From NCBI RefSeq assembly GCF_964204645.1, contig NC_134029.1:13542850-13606849 (forward strand): a stretch of 64,000 nt of DNA. Direction: 5' to 3'. Below the pieces are notes generated by a model that ran no database searches, was not told the DNA's origin, and saw nothing but the letters and a program-made list of their open reading frames with translations. Made by a program: the position numbers and the translations under genes. Of the stretch, positions 1 through 12,399 are shown piece after piece; the first letter of the stretch is position 1; every line of letters starts with the position of its first letter. This DNA comes from Tubulanus polymorphus. Its lineage: Eukaryota; Animalia; Nemertea.

Positions 1-779
1 GTGCGTTCAAGATTTGACCACTTCAGCCTTCATACAGGCCCTCGAACGATTTGTTAGTATTCGTGGCGCCCCGAGTCTCATGATCAGTGATAACGCGACT
101 TGTTTCCGTGGGGCTGATAACGTGATCAGAGACTTGCAACTTCGCCTCGATCAGGGCAGACTGCGTTAAGTTTAATACGGAATGGAAGTTTGGACCTCCG
201 GGAGGACCCCACCATCAAGGAATCGTTGAAAGAATGGTCCAGGAGGTTAAAAAGTCCATGCGTCATATGGTTCGTGCCGATAAACTGTCATTTATTGAGT
301 GGGAAACGATTTTCACTCAAATTTCTGGATTACTCAATAGCCGTCCGCTTACTGTGCTGTCGTCTACCTCGCTCGAAGATCCGCCGCTTACGCCGAATCA
401 TTTTCTTATAGGACAAGCAGATTTACCGTGCCCGCAGATACCCTGTAAAGACTATATCGGGAATACTCGCAAGCGTCGCGAGTTGTGTAACTCTCTCGTT
501 GATGGGTTTTGGAAACATTGGATGACCAATATACATAAACTGTCGCCGCGCCTTAAATAGTCGACAGCTGCTGAAAACCTAACCGTGGGAGACGTTGTTC
601 TTGCCATCAATGAAAACGCTAAGCGCGGCCAATGGAAGTTGGCTGAGGTGATGGAAGTGTCCCCAGGACAGGACAATCTCGTCAGAATCGTTAGTGTGAA
701 ATTACCTGATAAACAAGTGTTAAAGCGTCCCGTTACTAAGCTGATCTTACTTATGAAGAAAAACGAACGATTTGATTAA
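1..779 (+). pseudogene. Bel/Pao LTR retrotransposon pol C-terminus (integrase core and C-terminal domain), disrupted
   Basis: RGAPSLMISDNATCFRGA, LNSRPLT, PLTPNHFLIG, FWKHW, RGQWKLAEV..PGQDNLVRIVSV..KRPVTKL are typical Bel/Pao integrase motifs; stops and frameshifts present. Confidence 0.92.
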
Positions 780-919
780 TAAGTTCGGAGCCTTTAATGT
801 GTATGAAAACGTTACATACTTCATAGACTGTTGAGTTGAAAATTCTCGAATTTAATTGATATCGACAAATTGTGTTGTAATTAATTATCACCATCCCTGG
901 TGAGAGATATCCCCTGGGA

Positions 920-1101
920 TGTTACAGACTCTTGATCTAGTTTGTTATATTTCTGTAATTAGTACGCCGGATAGAGGGCGTCATTGTCGTTGTATCGCCG
1001 CCATTTTCGACACGGTTGAAAAATAAAGTAAAAAACGTAAAATTAACCGTAATTCAACGTCGCGCTTTTTTGCTGATTGTTTCGCCGTGGAATCCGTAAC
1101 A
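920..1101 (+). mobile_element. 3' LTR of the Bel/Pao element (~182 bp)
   Basis: Starts TGTTAC (920), ends GTAACA (1101) as a terminal inverted hexamer; internal AATAAA (~1022); Polinton gene sequence resumes immediately after 1101. Confidence 0.75.
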
Positions 1102-1550
1102 TTTCCCGTTACAATATCTGGTTTAATTCCTAACAATTTAGCTTTTGGTTATTTTATAATGAAAGAATGTTCATTTTCATCATCAAACTTTATTTCTATT
1201 CTATTAGTCCTATCACTTTTCATAAATCTAATTAAAAATTTATCATCACTTCTAATCTTCAACCGTGCTCTTCTATTAATTTTCTGCTCTAATGATACTA
1301 AATTATATAATCCTGGTCTTAGATATAAAGTAACCCATTGGTTTTTATTTCTAATACAAATTTAAAAAGAATTATCTTCAATAGTTTTATTTGAAATATT
1401 ATAAAAAGAATTACATGAACTTATATTTACTAATTTTAAATCTACACAATTCTTAAATTCTCTATCTAATTGTACTAGTACATTATGAGATTTATTATTT
1501 GTAAGTTTTCTAGAATCAACATATATACTATATTCTTTTAATTTATCCAT
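1102..1550 (-). pseudogene. Minor capsid (penton-like) protein N-terminal half, cut by the Bel/Pao insertion
   Basis: EYSIYVDSRKL..LDREFKNCVDLKLVNISSCNSFYNI; homologous to 15076-15835 and 62835-63414. Confidence 0.7.
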
Positions 1551-1612
1551 TAATTATTACACAAAAAAATTACCTCGAACCCCACAAAAATAATTTTAAT
1601 AACATTTTTCCA

Positions 1613-2631
1613 TTGGACGAGAAGATACAATGTGAAATTTGTGGTGAATACACAGAAAACGTATTATTTTAAAAAACATTCAGAGAAATGTAAAATTAAT
1701 GACTTAATAATTAATGTTGGTAGTAACGAAAGTAATAATAATTCTGTGTAAGTTGAACCTATTTGGAAAAGACCTTTTTTATTTTATGACAAGAATAATG
1801 TAAAGAATAATTTATGTGAGCATTGTCGAATAAAATTTTGTCCTGAAAATATAGAAGATTGGGAGAATCATCAATTTAATGAAGAACATTTAAATAAAAT
1901 TTCTAATCATTTGAAACAGAATTCAATGAAAGAATAATTAATATATTAGAAAATATAAAATATGAGAAAACGTTACCAGATAATTAAAAAAAACACTTGA
2001 AAAGTTAGAAAAATATTATAATGAATTAGTAAGAAAAACATATTATTGTAAATATTGTACACTGATTATTACAACAAGTAATTCGAATCTACATAATAAA
2101 ACAATAAAACATAAAGAAAACGTAAGTAAATACTAAGGACTTAATGAACAACTATTGCCAAGATATGATAGAAAAAAGTACCCACAATGTATTTACGAGT
2201 ATTTAAAACGAGAAGATTCTATGATATTTTGTAATGAATGTGGATGGCAAAGAAATTTATGGGGTGATGAAAGCACTAGAGATTTTCTTAAAGAACCAAA
2301 ATTAAAATATCTAGATGAAACTATTAAAATATTTTCTATAAAAGATCATACACCAGAATATATGCGATGGCTTGAAAAAATGAAAATGATAGAAAATAAG
2401 AATGGTGAAATAACTAAGAAAGGTATAATAAAAACAATTATTCCATCAACATTTAACACGAAATATAAGAAAATGTATTTATATTTATTATTTAACGATC
2501 ATTACAAAAAACATAAATTAACAAAAGAAGATATGAAAAATATAAAAGAAACATTCATGACAATATTAAAATATTGTGCGGATAATAAAATAACAGATTC
2601 AATTAATTATGAATTTGAACTTTTTAAATAA
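1613..2631 (+). pseudogene. Zn-finger-containing hypothetical protein(s) of the element, frameshifted
   Basis: CEICGE, CEHC, YYCKYC, FCNECGW motifs; closely similar to 15903-16968. Confidence 0.65.
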
Positions 2632-2862
2632 GATTGTAAATTTTTTAAGCATCGATATTAAAATTCCATTTGATGAAATAACAAATAAAAAGAAACGAAA
2701 AGAGCGAGATGAAATGTGGAATAAAATTGAATTTTATTTAAATGAGAAAAATGAAATGGAAGAACCTATAGAAACCTAAGAACCTAAAGAAATTATAGAA
2801 AAACAATTAGATGAAAATAGAGAAGCCAATAGTGATTTTGAGTATAATGATATTGATACATT

Positions 2863-3218
2863 TTAATAACCATAAGGTAATGTTTTTATTCCATCATCCA
2901 GAATATATCTTTTATCGTCGAATGGATTTGAGCTAGTTTGTTTAACTTCATTAATGTACATCTCGTGATCTTCTGATCTTTAACAATTAATTTTATGTTT
3001 CATTACTATTTAGTTATATAAACACTTGAATAATATATAACTATATAATCTTGAAATTCTATATGTTTATCAACCACATGCTTTGTTATTCCTTTTAACG
3101 TTTTAGCTTCATGATCTTTTGTTCTATAACTATACATTTTACTTCTTATCCCAACAAATTCAATCATTTCATCACCCCCTAATTCATCTTTAAACTTTCC
3201 AGGAATTTTTTCTTATCA
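2863..3218 (-). pseudogene. Protein-primed DNA polymerase B, C-terminal fragment
   Basis: Minus strand reads KIPGKFKDELGGDEMIEFVGIRSKMYSY..KTLKGITK..NPFDDKRYILDDGIKTLPYGY*. Confidence 0.92.
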
Positions 3219-3911
3219 TCGTTGCGTCGTGAAAACAAAAAATTCAAGATGGCCACCCAATGGCAGCCATATTTGATCACCATTGACATTTTTTTACAAT
3301 AGGGGTGGACATCTCGCCAGACCCAATCTTCATGCTAATTTTCAAAAAGATTCATCGCAAATTACCGGCGAATTACTGTGTCGAATTCAATTCAATTCCA
3401 GAGGTCCTGATTTAGGCCTATGTATTAGGATGTCAATTAGAATTCAACTTTTTGAAAAACCAGCACAGATGCCTATTCAAATCACGTGTAATTAAACAAT
3501 TCAGTGCTTCTTAGTTTGATGTCCCTGTTTATATCGCGCACGTGGTTAAAATTATAGTTTACATCGAACATCTTCAACAGCTGATACGACCACACCCGCG
3601 TCTGTCAATCATCTTAATTGATTCATATACTAAAATGCTCACTATGAAAAAACTATGCGGTGGATCAATCCGAAATTTTTCAGTAGAATGTCAGACACTA
3701 GGTACCTTTCTTTAAATTTTATTTGTTGTATGTCATTTACATTCAGTTATACAGTACTTTATTCATAACTTTGAAGCGGCGCTCAACGCTCAAGCAAGGT
3801 CAGTCACGTAGGCCAATGATAACACGAAACAGACCACGGTTTTGCCGGTTAAGAGCGTCTCTCCACATAAATTAGAGGGACTGAAATGGACCATTTGTTG
3901 ACACTAACCTT

Positions 3912-5284
3912 TAACAAGGCAATTCGATACTACGTATTTATGTCCCCCGCGATAGCAACTAGGGAATGAATGACCCCTGAAGTCACTGATCTTTGGAATA
4001 GAAAAATGATGAGTGAATCCAGGGATAACCATACTATGAAATATCATTTTCCTGTTATGAATGGTTATTTAAGAATGAGTTGGGATGGGCACATCCTCTC
4101 CCTAGGGGTAATCATGCGACGTAACATCATTATATTGCTATCAACAGTTCTTTCTGAATCACATTCACGACACAGGGTTTTACATCAATGACCTGAAGTG
4201 ACCTTGACCATTGATCCTTGGAGCCCAGAATCAATAGGGCACATCCTCTCCATAAGGTAATCATAATACGTAATATCATGGTCCTGCTATCAACGGTTCT
4301 TCTTGAATGACGTTCACAAGGTTTCACATGAATGACTTGTAGTGACCCTGACCTTTGGTCCTTGGACCCCAAAATCAATAGGGCACATCATCTCCCTAGG
4401 GGTAATGATACTACGTAATATCATGGTCCTGCTATCGACGGTTCTTCTTGAATCACGTTCACAAGGTTTTAAATGAATGACCTGTAGTGACCTTGACCTT
4501 TGATCCTTGGACCCCAGAATTAATAGGGCACATCCTCTCCCTAGGGGTAATCATGCGATGTAACATCATTATATTGCTATCAACAGTTCTTTCTGAATCA
4601 CATTCACGACACAGGGTTTTACATCAATGACCTGAAGTGACCTTGACCTTTGATCCTTGGAGCCCAGAATCAATAGGGCACATCCTTTCCCTAGGGGTAA
4701 TCATACTACGTAATATCATGGTCCTGCTATCAACGGTTCTTCTTGAATGACGTTCACAAGGTTTCACATAAATGACCTGTAGTGACCTTGACCTTTGATC
4801 CGTGGACCCCAAAATCAATAGGGCACATCCTCTCCCTAGGGGTAATCATACTACGTAATAACATCGTCCTGCTATAGACGGTTCTTTTTGAATCACGTTC
4901 ACAAGGTTTTACATGAATGACCTGTAGTGACCTTGACCTTTGATCCTTGGACCCCACAATCAATAGGGCACATCCTTTCCCTAGGGGTAATCATACTACG
5001 TAATATCATGGTCCTGCTATCAACGGTTCTTCTTGAATGACGTTCACAAGGTTTTACATGAATGACCAATAGTGACGTTGACCTTTGGTCCTTGGACCCC
5101 AAAATCAATAGGGCTCATCCTCTCCCTAGGGGTAATTATACTGTGTTATGTCATAGTCCTGCAATCTACGGTTCTTCTTGAATCGCGTTCACAAGCTCAT
5201 GCGGACGGACGGCCAGACGGACGGACGGACGGAGGTGGATACCAAGTCCCCAGCTCGCGGCCTACGTCGCGCGGGGGACAATAA
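3912..5284 (+). mobile_element. Non-autonomous Helentron-type (HINE/pearl-like) element with internal satellite
   Basis: 5' AACAAG start; subterminal IR TGTCCCCCGCG (3941) / CGCGGGGGACA (5270-5280); GACG/GGAC microsatellite and GC stem near the 3' end; central tandem array. Confidence 0.7.
4085..5195. repeat. Tandem repeat, ~145-150 bp unit, ~7.5 copies
   Basis: Recurrent GGGCACATCCTCTCCCTAGGGGTAATCAT and TGACCTTGACCTTTGATCC at ~4087, 4237, 4381, 4525, 4676, 4821, 4966, 5111. Confidence 0.95.
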
Positions 5285-5375
5285 GCTTCGAATAATTGGA
5301 AAATGACGTTTTCAGGCCAGAGGACAAGAGGACGACACATCACTCATCACCACAAGTAATTTTCCCCCCTGATAA

Positions 5376-5705
5376 ATGGGAGATAGAAAAGCATTCTTAG
5401 CGACAATAAATAACAGAATAAAACCAGCAAAAAAACAATTTGAAATAAAAAAGTTAGTCGATGTTACAAAAGAAATTGAACATAAAATATTAAAATTAGA
5501 AAAGATAAGAACTAAATATGGAGATAAAATATCAGCAAATTTAAGTTACTGTTACGTTAGTACAACGCGAGAATTTAAAGTATTTTTACCTGATAAATGG
5601 GTTTCATTGAGTAATGAGGAATTAAAAGATTTAGAAGGATTTAAAATAATCTATCATGGAAAAAAATGAAGACGGTCATCATGATTTAGAAATTGTTGAC
5701 TTAAT
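5376..5705 (+). pseudogene. Small conserved Polinton protein (TKYG..FLP motif; possibly OB-fold/SSB-like)
   Basis: RTKYGDKI..FKVFLPDKW; homologous to 63443-63787 (NKYGDKL..FRTYLPDRF); frameshift in the A-run at ~5665. Confidence 0.55.
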
Positions 5706-7086
5706 AAAAAAACAAAAATAAATGAAACTAGAAAATTAATTTTAATAAATTAATTGACGCCTGCGAAAAAAAATGTAGAATTTCTGGGATAAGCTAATGT
5801 AAAATTGCAAATTTGAAATCGAAGTTTTAAGAAATTTGGGGAGTTATGAGTTTTGGCGATTGGGTAGATGATACAGGTCTTCGACTGGTCTAATAAAAAA
5901 AAAATTGTCAACTTGTGGCCGACTATGATTCACTTTTGCCGCAAAGCTGGCTTGCAACTTCATTGCAACTTCATGGTTGAAGAAAGAGCTCTTCTGAGGT
6001 CTGCTTCATCATGACTTCGAGCGTATCGTGTAGCCAGCCGGCCCGGTCCACGGGGCCCGGTTTGGTTGTCACTCGATATCCTAGTCTTGAGTCTGGGTCG
6101 AAGTAGACATTGTCATTTGAATTACTTATTCATGTTAATCTGTATGAATTACCCATGTGTCTTGTATTTCCTTATTCTAAAATGTGTAACTTTATTGAAT
6201 TTGGGAATTTTATCCCGGAATTCCATTGTATTAAGGATCAATAAAGAATCGAATTGAAGTCACCTAATACACATGCCATCAGTGGATGTGGAGCCGTATA
6301 TGACAGCTATGCTATAATAAATTGCTAATCTCATGAAACCTGCATACCCCTAATATCGAAAATATTTTCTAAAACATTTGAATATTGAAATTATATGTTT
6401 ACACGTATCTATATTGACCGCTTGTAGCCGCCGATGAAATTCACGTCGGCCCACATAGATCGTAGATAGCTTCGTCATTCCACCAGCATCCCCATGTAAG
6501 GGTCTGACTTTATATCAGACTTCCAAATCGTGTATACATCCGCCATTTAACCGAATAATCCGATTTACTTATCATTTCTATATATGCCTGCCACTTCTGA
6601 TATAATCATACATCCTTTACTATAACAATACGTCTTCTCATGATATGCTATGCAATATAACATTTTGACGTTCAAATAGAGGTCATTATATAATCACAGG
6701 AAGCCATTCTACATAGTTGTCAATAATATTTTGTCAAAATAGCTTGTATGTGTACACATATACTTGTGACGTTTTGCACATCGATTAACGGTTGTCGTTT
6801 GAAAAATGACGCTGAATGGTTAAAATTGTTTAGGTTTCATAATGGTAACGTGTTATAAGGCGTCAAAAAAAATAAAAAAATAAATTAATGAAAATAAAAT
6901 AATGAAAAAAATAAAAATAATGAATAACTAGAATCCGAAATGACTTATATGGACAATTTAATTGCTACGCGTAGATAGACAAAAGTAGTGAGATATTCAA
7001 CTAATTAAAAATAAAATTATTTTTTTGCTTTTTTTCTAGAATATGAATCCATTTTTTATTGTGAATTTTGGAATTTCACAAGTATT

Positions 7087-7410
7087 TTAATTTTTAATAG
7101 TAGTAGTTTCAGAATTATTAACAACACAAATTTTATTTGATTTTTTATACCAACTACATCCAATCAAAATGAATAAAATTACAAATCCAGTTGTAAAACA
7201 TAAATACTTATCAACTATTCTATTATTAGAAGGAGTAGAAATAACAATATTTTCACCATTATTATTAACATTTTCATTATTTATTTTTTCTTTGCATGCT
7301 TTTTTGAATTCTTTTGATTTAATTCCTAATTGCCGAAACCATTCAATTTGTTTTTGTGTTCTCGGTTTTTTCTTCGCAGTTAATTCCTTCAATTCTTCCA
7401 CTTCGCTCAT
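7087..7410 (-). CDS. Basic N-terminal, single-TM hypothetical viral protein
   Basis: KKKPRTQKQIEW..LGIKS plus hydrophobic segment; homolog of 54450-54818. Confidence 0.65.
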   Translation of the reverse strand: MSEVEELKELTAKKKPRTQKQIEWFRQLGIKSKEFKKACKEKINNENVNNNGENIVISTPSNNRIVDKYLCFTTGFVILFILIGCSWYKKSNKICVVNNSETTTIKN

Positions 7411-7955
7411 TTATTATAGAAAAAGAGAAATTTTTACTTTCAATATTTGAAAATGTTATCACTTTAGTTGATAATAATGTCATAAATCCACCTAATTGAA
7501 ATGATAAATATCCAATCCATTTATTTAATTCAGTCATAACTAAATAATCATTTTTTAAATCGGAATATAATCTATTTTCATCTTCAATTGGTAGCATATA
7601 ATTACATAATTTACTATAACCATTTATACTACATTTTCTGATATCGCATCATTAATTCTAGCTATTCTCGCAGTTTCATAAATCTTAAATAATTTCGTCT
7701 GAATTCATTGTATCTAATTCATCATAAGTTAAATTTTTACTAATGAAACTTTTACATTTTCCGGATGCTATTGTTATTTCTAAGTGATGTTTGCAATAAA
7801 GATAATATTCATAATTATTATTTGTAGTAATATCATTTAAAGCACCATTATTATCTGGTGTTAATTTTGTTTCTGTTAATTTAGCTAAATCATCCAAAGT
7901 TTTTTCGATTGGAACATCACTATTTTTAGATTTTATTTTCTTTTCACCTCCAATT
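7403..7955 (-). pseudogene. Conserved hypothetical viral protein, frameshifted
   Basis: YEYYLYCKHHLE and LYSDLKNDYLVMTEL; homolog of 53849-54457. Confidence 0.75.
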
Positions 7956-7960
7956 TTTAT

Positions 7961-8859
7961 AACAAAACAAGAGCCCCAAGGGGCACTATGGCCAGCCTGT
8001 CAGATTTTCATAAAATGGCAACTGATGATGCATTCTATGGGTAAAATATGCCAAAATACACTCCCAGCTCAGAGTCAATATCTAATAATTTACACCATAC
8101 AATCGTAGAATACAAAATTAGCACAGACAGCGACTGGATCTGGCAGGAAAAAATACCTCAGATAAATCTTTTCCCTTGGTCTTATTGATTTTAATGCGGA
8201 ATAAAATTGAATTTTCAGAAATTTGCTCAATAAAACAAAATTGAATTGGATTTGATGTTTTTATTCGTTCAATAAAGTAAAATTGAATTGGATTTGACAT
8301 TTTTGTGCAGAATAAAATTTGATTGAATTTGTAGTTTGAGCACTTGGCTAATTTGCATATCAAGGTCATCTATCCGATTTGAAAAAAAGCAATTTTTCCC
8401 GGACTTTGTACAATGGTCAATGATATTTTCTGTAGTGCTAATAAAGATATTCCTCCCAAAAACCAAATTAACTAAAAGCTTTCACAGAAATCGATCTTGA
8501 AATACAATTTTAGATCTTAAGATAAAACCCGGAAGTAAAACGGTAGACGATACCGCGGGTTCACGTGAACACCTGCTGATTTCTAAGCCAATCATAGAGG
8601 AGTCTTTGCTTTCTGATTGGCTTTTCAAAACCAATATTTTTGCGATCAGATATTCGCGAAAAAGCCCATATAAATTTCAACGAGGCCCTCTTTCAAAATT
8701 CAGCTACGTAGAGTTTGGAAAATTGATAATGCTTTAATGAATGATCTGTATGAATATATGCCCAGTTGCACATTCAAAGAGCCTTTGCTCTGGAAACCAT
8801 GTCATTTAAATTCGCTCTATTTGTATAGTAATAGGCTCAGCCTACGGCTGGCCTAAAAA
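7961..8859 (+). mobile_element. HINE/Helentron-like non-autonomous insertion within copy B
   Basis: Starts AACAAAACAAGAG, ends with stem-loop AGGCTCAGCCTACGGCTGGCCT followed by an A-run; higher GC than the viral flanks. Confidence 0.55.
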
Positions 8860-8924
8860 TTACTTGTGTTGTTGCAACTAGAATTCAACTAGAATTTAAC
8901 TTAAAATAAACGAGATTAACAAGC

Positions 8925-9536
8925 TAGTTGAAATTAAATAAATTCATATTTAACTGGGAGTTGTAATCGAAATAGTAATTTTGATCTTTTATTATTTTTC
9001 AATTTATCCATATATTCAATATCTAAATCATGTGAAATAATATCATTTTCCTCAAGTGCATTTTTCATTGATTTCCTATCTTTATTGTAGAATAATACTA
9101 AAAATCTAATGTTTTCTCTAAAATCTTTAACAATTGAATTGTATTTTTGATTTAAAACCCACGTTATATTTCCAAAATGTCTACCAGAAAAAGCTAAATA
9201 ACATAATTCACTTTCTCTAACTTTTGAATCATGTAAATTAGCACAATCATGTATAATGAATAATGTTTTTGTTCCTTTATAAATATCAATTGCTATTTTA
9301 ATACAATTATCTAAATTTTCTTTAACTGTTTTAGGATCTAATACAATAAATTTATAATATTTCTATCATAAGTTTGATTAAATTCATACGTTGGGCAGAA
9401 TAATACTATATTATCAAAATAGTTTTTATAAACAGTTTCTAATAAATTGAATATTTAATAAGTTTTTCCACAATTTGTTACACCAGAAATTAACATATTA
9501 TGAGGTTCAAATATCAATAATTCCTTATTTATTCAT
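8925..9536 (-). pseudogene. Genome-packaging ATPase (A32/FtsK-HerA-like)
   Basis: Walker A GVTNCGKT, degenerate Walker B, LAFSGRHFG; homolog of 55908-56519. Confidence 0.88.
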
Positions 9537-9673
9537 ACATATTTAATTTTACTTGATAATATCCATTGGCGCGATATATATTTTGCAAAAGAATAAGCAA
9601 CCGAACTCTCAGGGTTATAATATAAATATCTTAAATATTGTTCTTTAGTATTATGAGTTTTTTTATCCCCCAT
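9533..9673 (-). pseudogene. Integrase remnant: N- and C-termini joined in frame by an internal deletion (46 aa)
   Basis: MGDKKTHNTKEQYLRYLYYNPESSVAYS-FAKYISRQ-WILSSKIKYV*; compare copy D start KEQYLRELYYNPESEVSYS and end EWILSSKFKRINE. Confidence 0.8.
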
Positions 9674-9695
9674 TTATATAACTTTAATTTTAACT

Positions 9696-10958
9696 TTATT
9701 TTCCTAATATTGAATATATTAATTGAGAATTTATAATATTTAATTGCGCGTCAGATAAAATATAAATATGCATTTTATGATTTAAACCTCCTTTTTTTCT
9801 TTTTCAAGAATAATTGTATTCCATCTTTTGTATTTTGAAATTTTTTTTCTCCCAGAACCATGTAATAAGTTATCTTCACTTGTTCTAAAATCTAACCATA
9901 ATGCATATTTATTTCCGATATAATAATCAATTTGATTAATATTACAATCTTCAGATGATTTTATTTTTTCATTTAAAAAATGTTTTTTTAATATCTACCC
10001 ATTGATTTATCATTCTCATTCCCTGACAAAATATTTTATTTGCTATACCTTCAATTGTTATTTATATTTTTGATATTTCAGGATTATAATAATTATCTAC
10101 TTTTAGTGCACCATTAGAATATGTTGCAATGGTAAAAAATATTAATATACCTTTAATAGATCTTCTTGGGAAGTTAATATTCTCATTAATTATTTCATCA
10201 TTTGCATTAATAGTTACAGTTTTAATTTTATCAATATAATCATATAATAATGAAAATCCTTGATTACATTGAGTTTGAATTGTGTTAGCAATATTTTCAT
10301 CAGTTACTGTGTCATACTCTAAACATTTATTTGATTATTTATATTTAACCCATATCTTTAACAACGCTAGATAATACAATTTCATTAACAGGAGCAAATG
10401 TTACTTCGAATATAGTATTTTCTTGAATTGCATATTTATATAAAGGTGCATTATTATTTATCAATTCAAAGTCTAATGGAATTAGATATTTGCATCCATA
10501 AACCTTTTTTTATTAAATTATCTACGTCATTAGTTACTACTGCATTATGCGCTTCAGATCTTAATTTATTTTGGTTTTCTGATTGGATGCCTTGAAATAT
10601 CATATTTCTATTTTCTTTTGTTAACCATAAATCTTTATAATGCGTAAATAAATTATAATCATCTAATGAAAAAACTGATTCTGGTCCAATCTTTATAATT
10701 ATTTTTTAATTAAATATCTTCCAACATTATCTACATTATCTCGACATAATTATTATTATTACCAGTTACTTTTATATCAGCTGATAAATAAATACTATTT
10801 GGAACATAAAAATTATTTTGTGTAACTTGAGGAATTCTAACATATAAAGTTTCATCAGGATTTATATTAGATGGATTATGAGTATGATGAGATCTTTCTG
10901 CTTTAATTGCATTAGATATTCAAGAATTCTTAGAATGATTTATATAACTCCCACTCAT
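9696..10958 (-). pseudogene. Major capsid protein (double jelly-roll type, inferred)
   Basis: Full-length homolog of 18056-19302 with frameshifts. Confidence 0.75.
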
Positions 10959-10979
10959 TTATTTAAAAAAACAATTACT

Positions 10980-12390
10980 TATTTATTTTTCATCATATTC
11001 ACTAATTCAAAAAAAACAACTGTAATTAAAAATAAAATAATATGTTCAGCAGCAAAACTAATGTGATTTTCAGCAGACTTTAAAACAAATTTAACAATTA
11101 ACGCAATAATTCCAGGTTAAGCTGCAGCAGATTTTTTAGATAGTTCCCATAAATATTTTACTAATTTTTTCAAACCATCTTTAACTTTATTTTGTATAGA
11201 ATTATTATCATTTGGTGGTTTAGGACTTGGTGTAGATTTTAAAGAATTCGATATTGCTAAACCTATTGTTGTAAAAACCATAGTTACAGCTGTTAGAATT
11301 GAAAGAATTGGTATATCTTCTAGTTTAAATAATAATTCTATTCTTTCTTGCAATGATATTTCAGAATCTGGTTTTATCAACGAATTTTTAAAAATAACTT
11401 TTAATCTATTAATATTATTAGCATATTTTTTCATTAATTCATTTTTTTTCTTTTTCCTGTACTTCTAAATTATTTTTTACATTATCAATTTCTTTTTCTA
11501 AATATGCATTTCTTTTTTTAAATTCATTTTCTTCAATATTTTTATTATTTCTATCTAACTTTAATTGTTCTAATTCTTCATTTGCTTTAGATAATTTATC
11601 TTCTAAAGATTTAATTTTTGATTTCTTATCATTCTATCGTATGCAATTTTATCAGATGGAAGTTTTACACCTTTAATATATCTAATTTCTTCATCAGAAA
11701 ATATATTTAAATCTTCTATTCTTGATCTTTTGCATCAAGTAACCCATTTTGTAAAAGTTTTTTTTTCAGTTTGAACTTCGGTTGATTAAAGTTTACTAGT
11801 TTTGGAAGTTATATTCTGTTCAGAAGTTGTTTCTGTTTCTGAATTATTATTGATTATCTTTTTAAATTCATCATTTCTTCGATTAAATTCTCTTTTATTT
11901 AGAATTACCTCTTGTTCTGTAATATAAGTTATAACATCATAATTGATTTTATTAATTCTAGGTAATTCTATTTTAGGATTTGTTATTATTTTATCATAAC
12001 TTTTATTAGAAGATAACTTAAAATAATAGTCATCTTTCAAATGCCAATAAAAATCTCCATTTGGTTCTTTCAAATCTTTTACTAGATAATTCATACCTTT
12101 ATCAGTTATATTGAGCCCAGGATTTTTTAATATTGGTTTAAACTTTTCAATTAATTCTTCATATTCTAATTCTTTTTTATTAAATCTGGATTTTCATTTT
12201 CAATATCCAATCTTGAACGTGCTTTATTACCATATTCATTAGTATCAGGTCTTGCTGAATTAGAATTATATGCTGTTTCATTATCGTTACTAAAACTTGT
12301 TTCACTAAATTTGGGTTGTGGTTCATCGGTAATTCGAGATTCATCGAAAGTACCCATATCATAATCTTCTACACCTTCGATTAATATAAT
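10980..12390 (-). pseudogene. Coiled-coil protein with C-terminal hydrophobic/amphipathic helices (putative membrane-active virion protein)
   Basis: SILTAVTMVFTTIGLAIS..KKLVKYLWELSKKSAAA; homologs at 17380-18035, 41500-42322, 58305-60035. Confidence 0.7.
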
Positions 12391-12399
12391 AAAAAAATT

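Larger units (their letters stand above)
1102..3218. mobile_element. Polinton/adintovirus-like element fragment (copy A)
   Basis: Very AT-rich; penton-like gene (-), Zn-finger ORFs (+) and PolB C-terminus (-), all homologous to genes in copies B and D. Confidence 0.85.

Noticed and set aside
4130-5108. Repeated ORFs (MILGSKDQRS...)
   Set aside because: Translations of a non-coding satellite.
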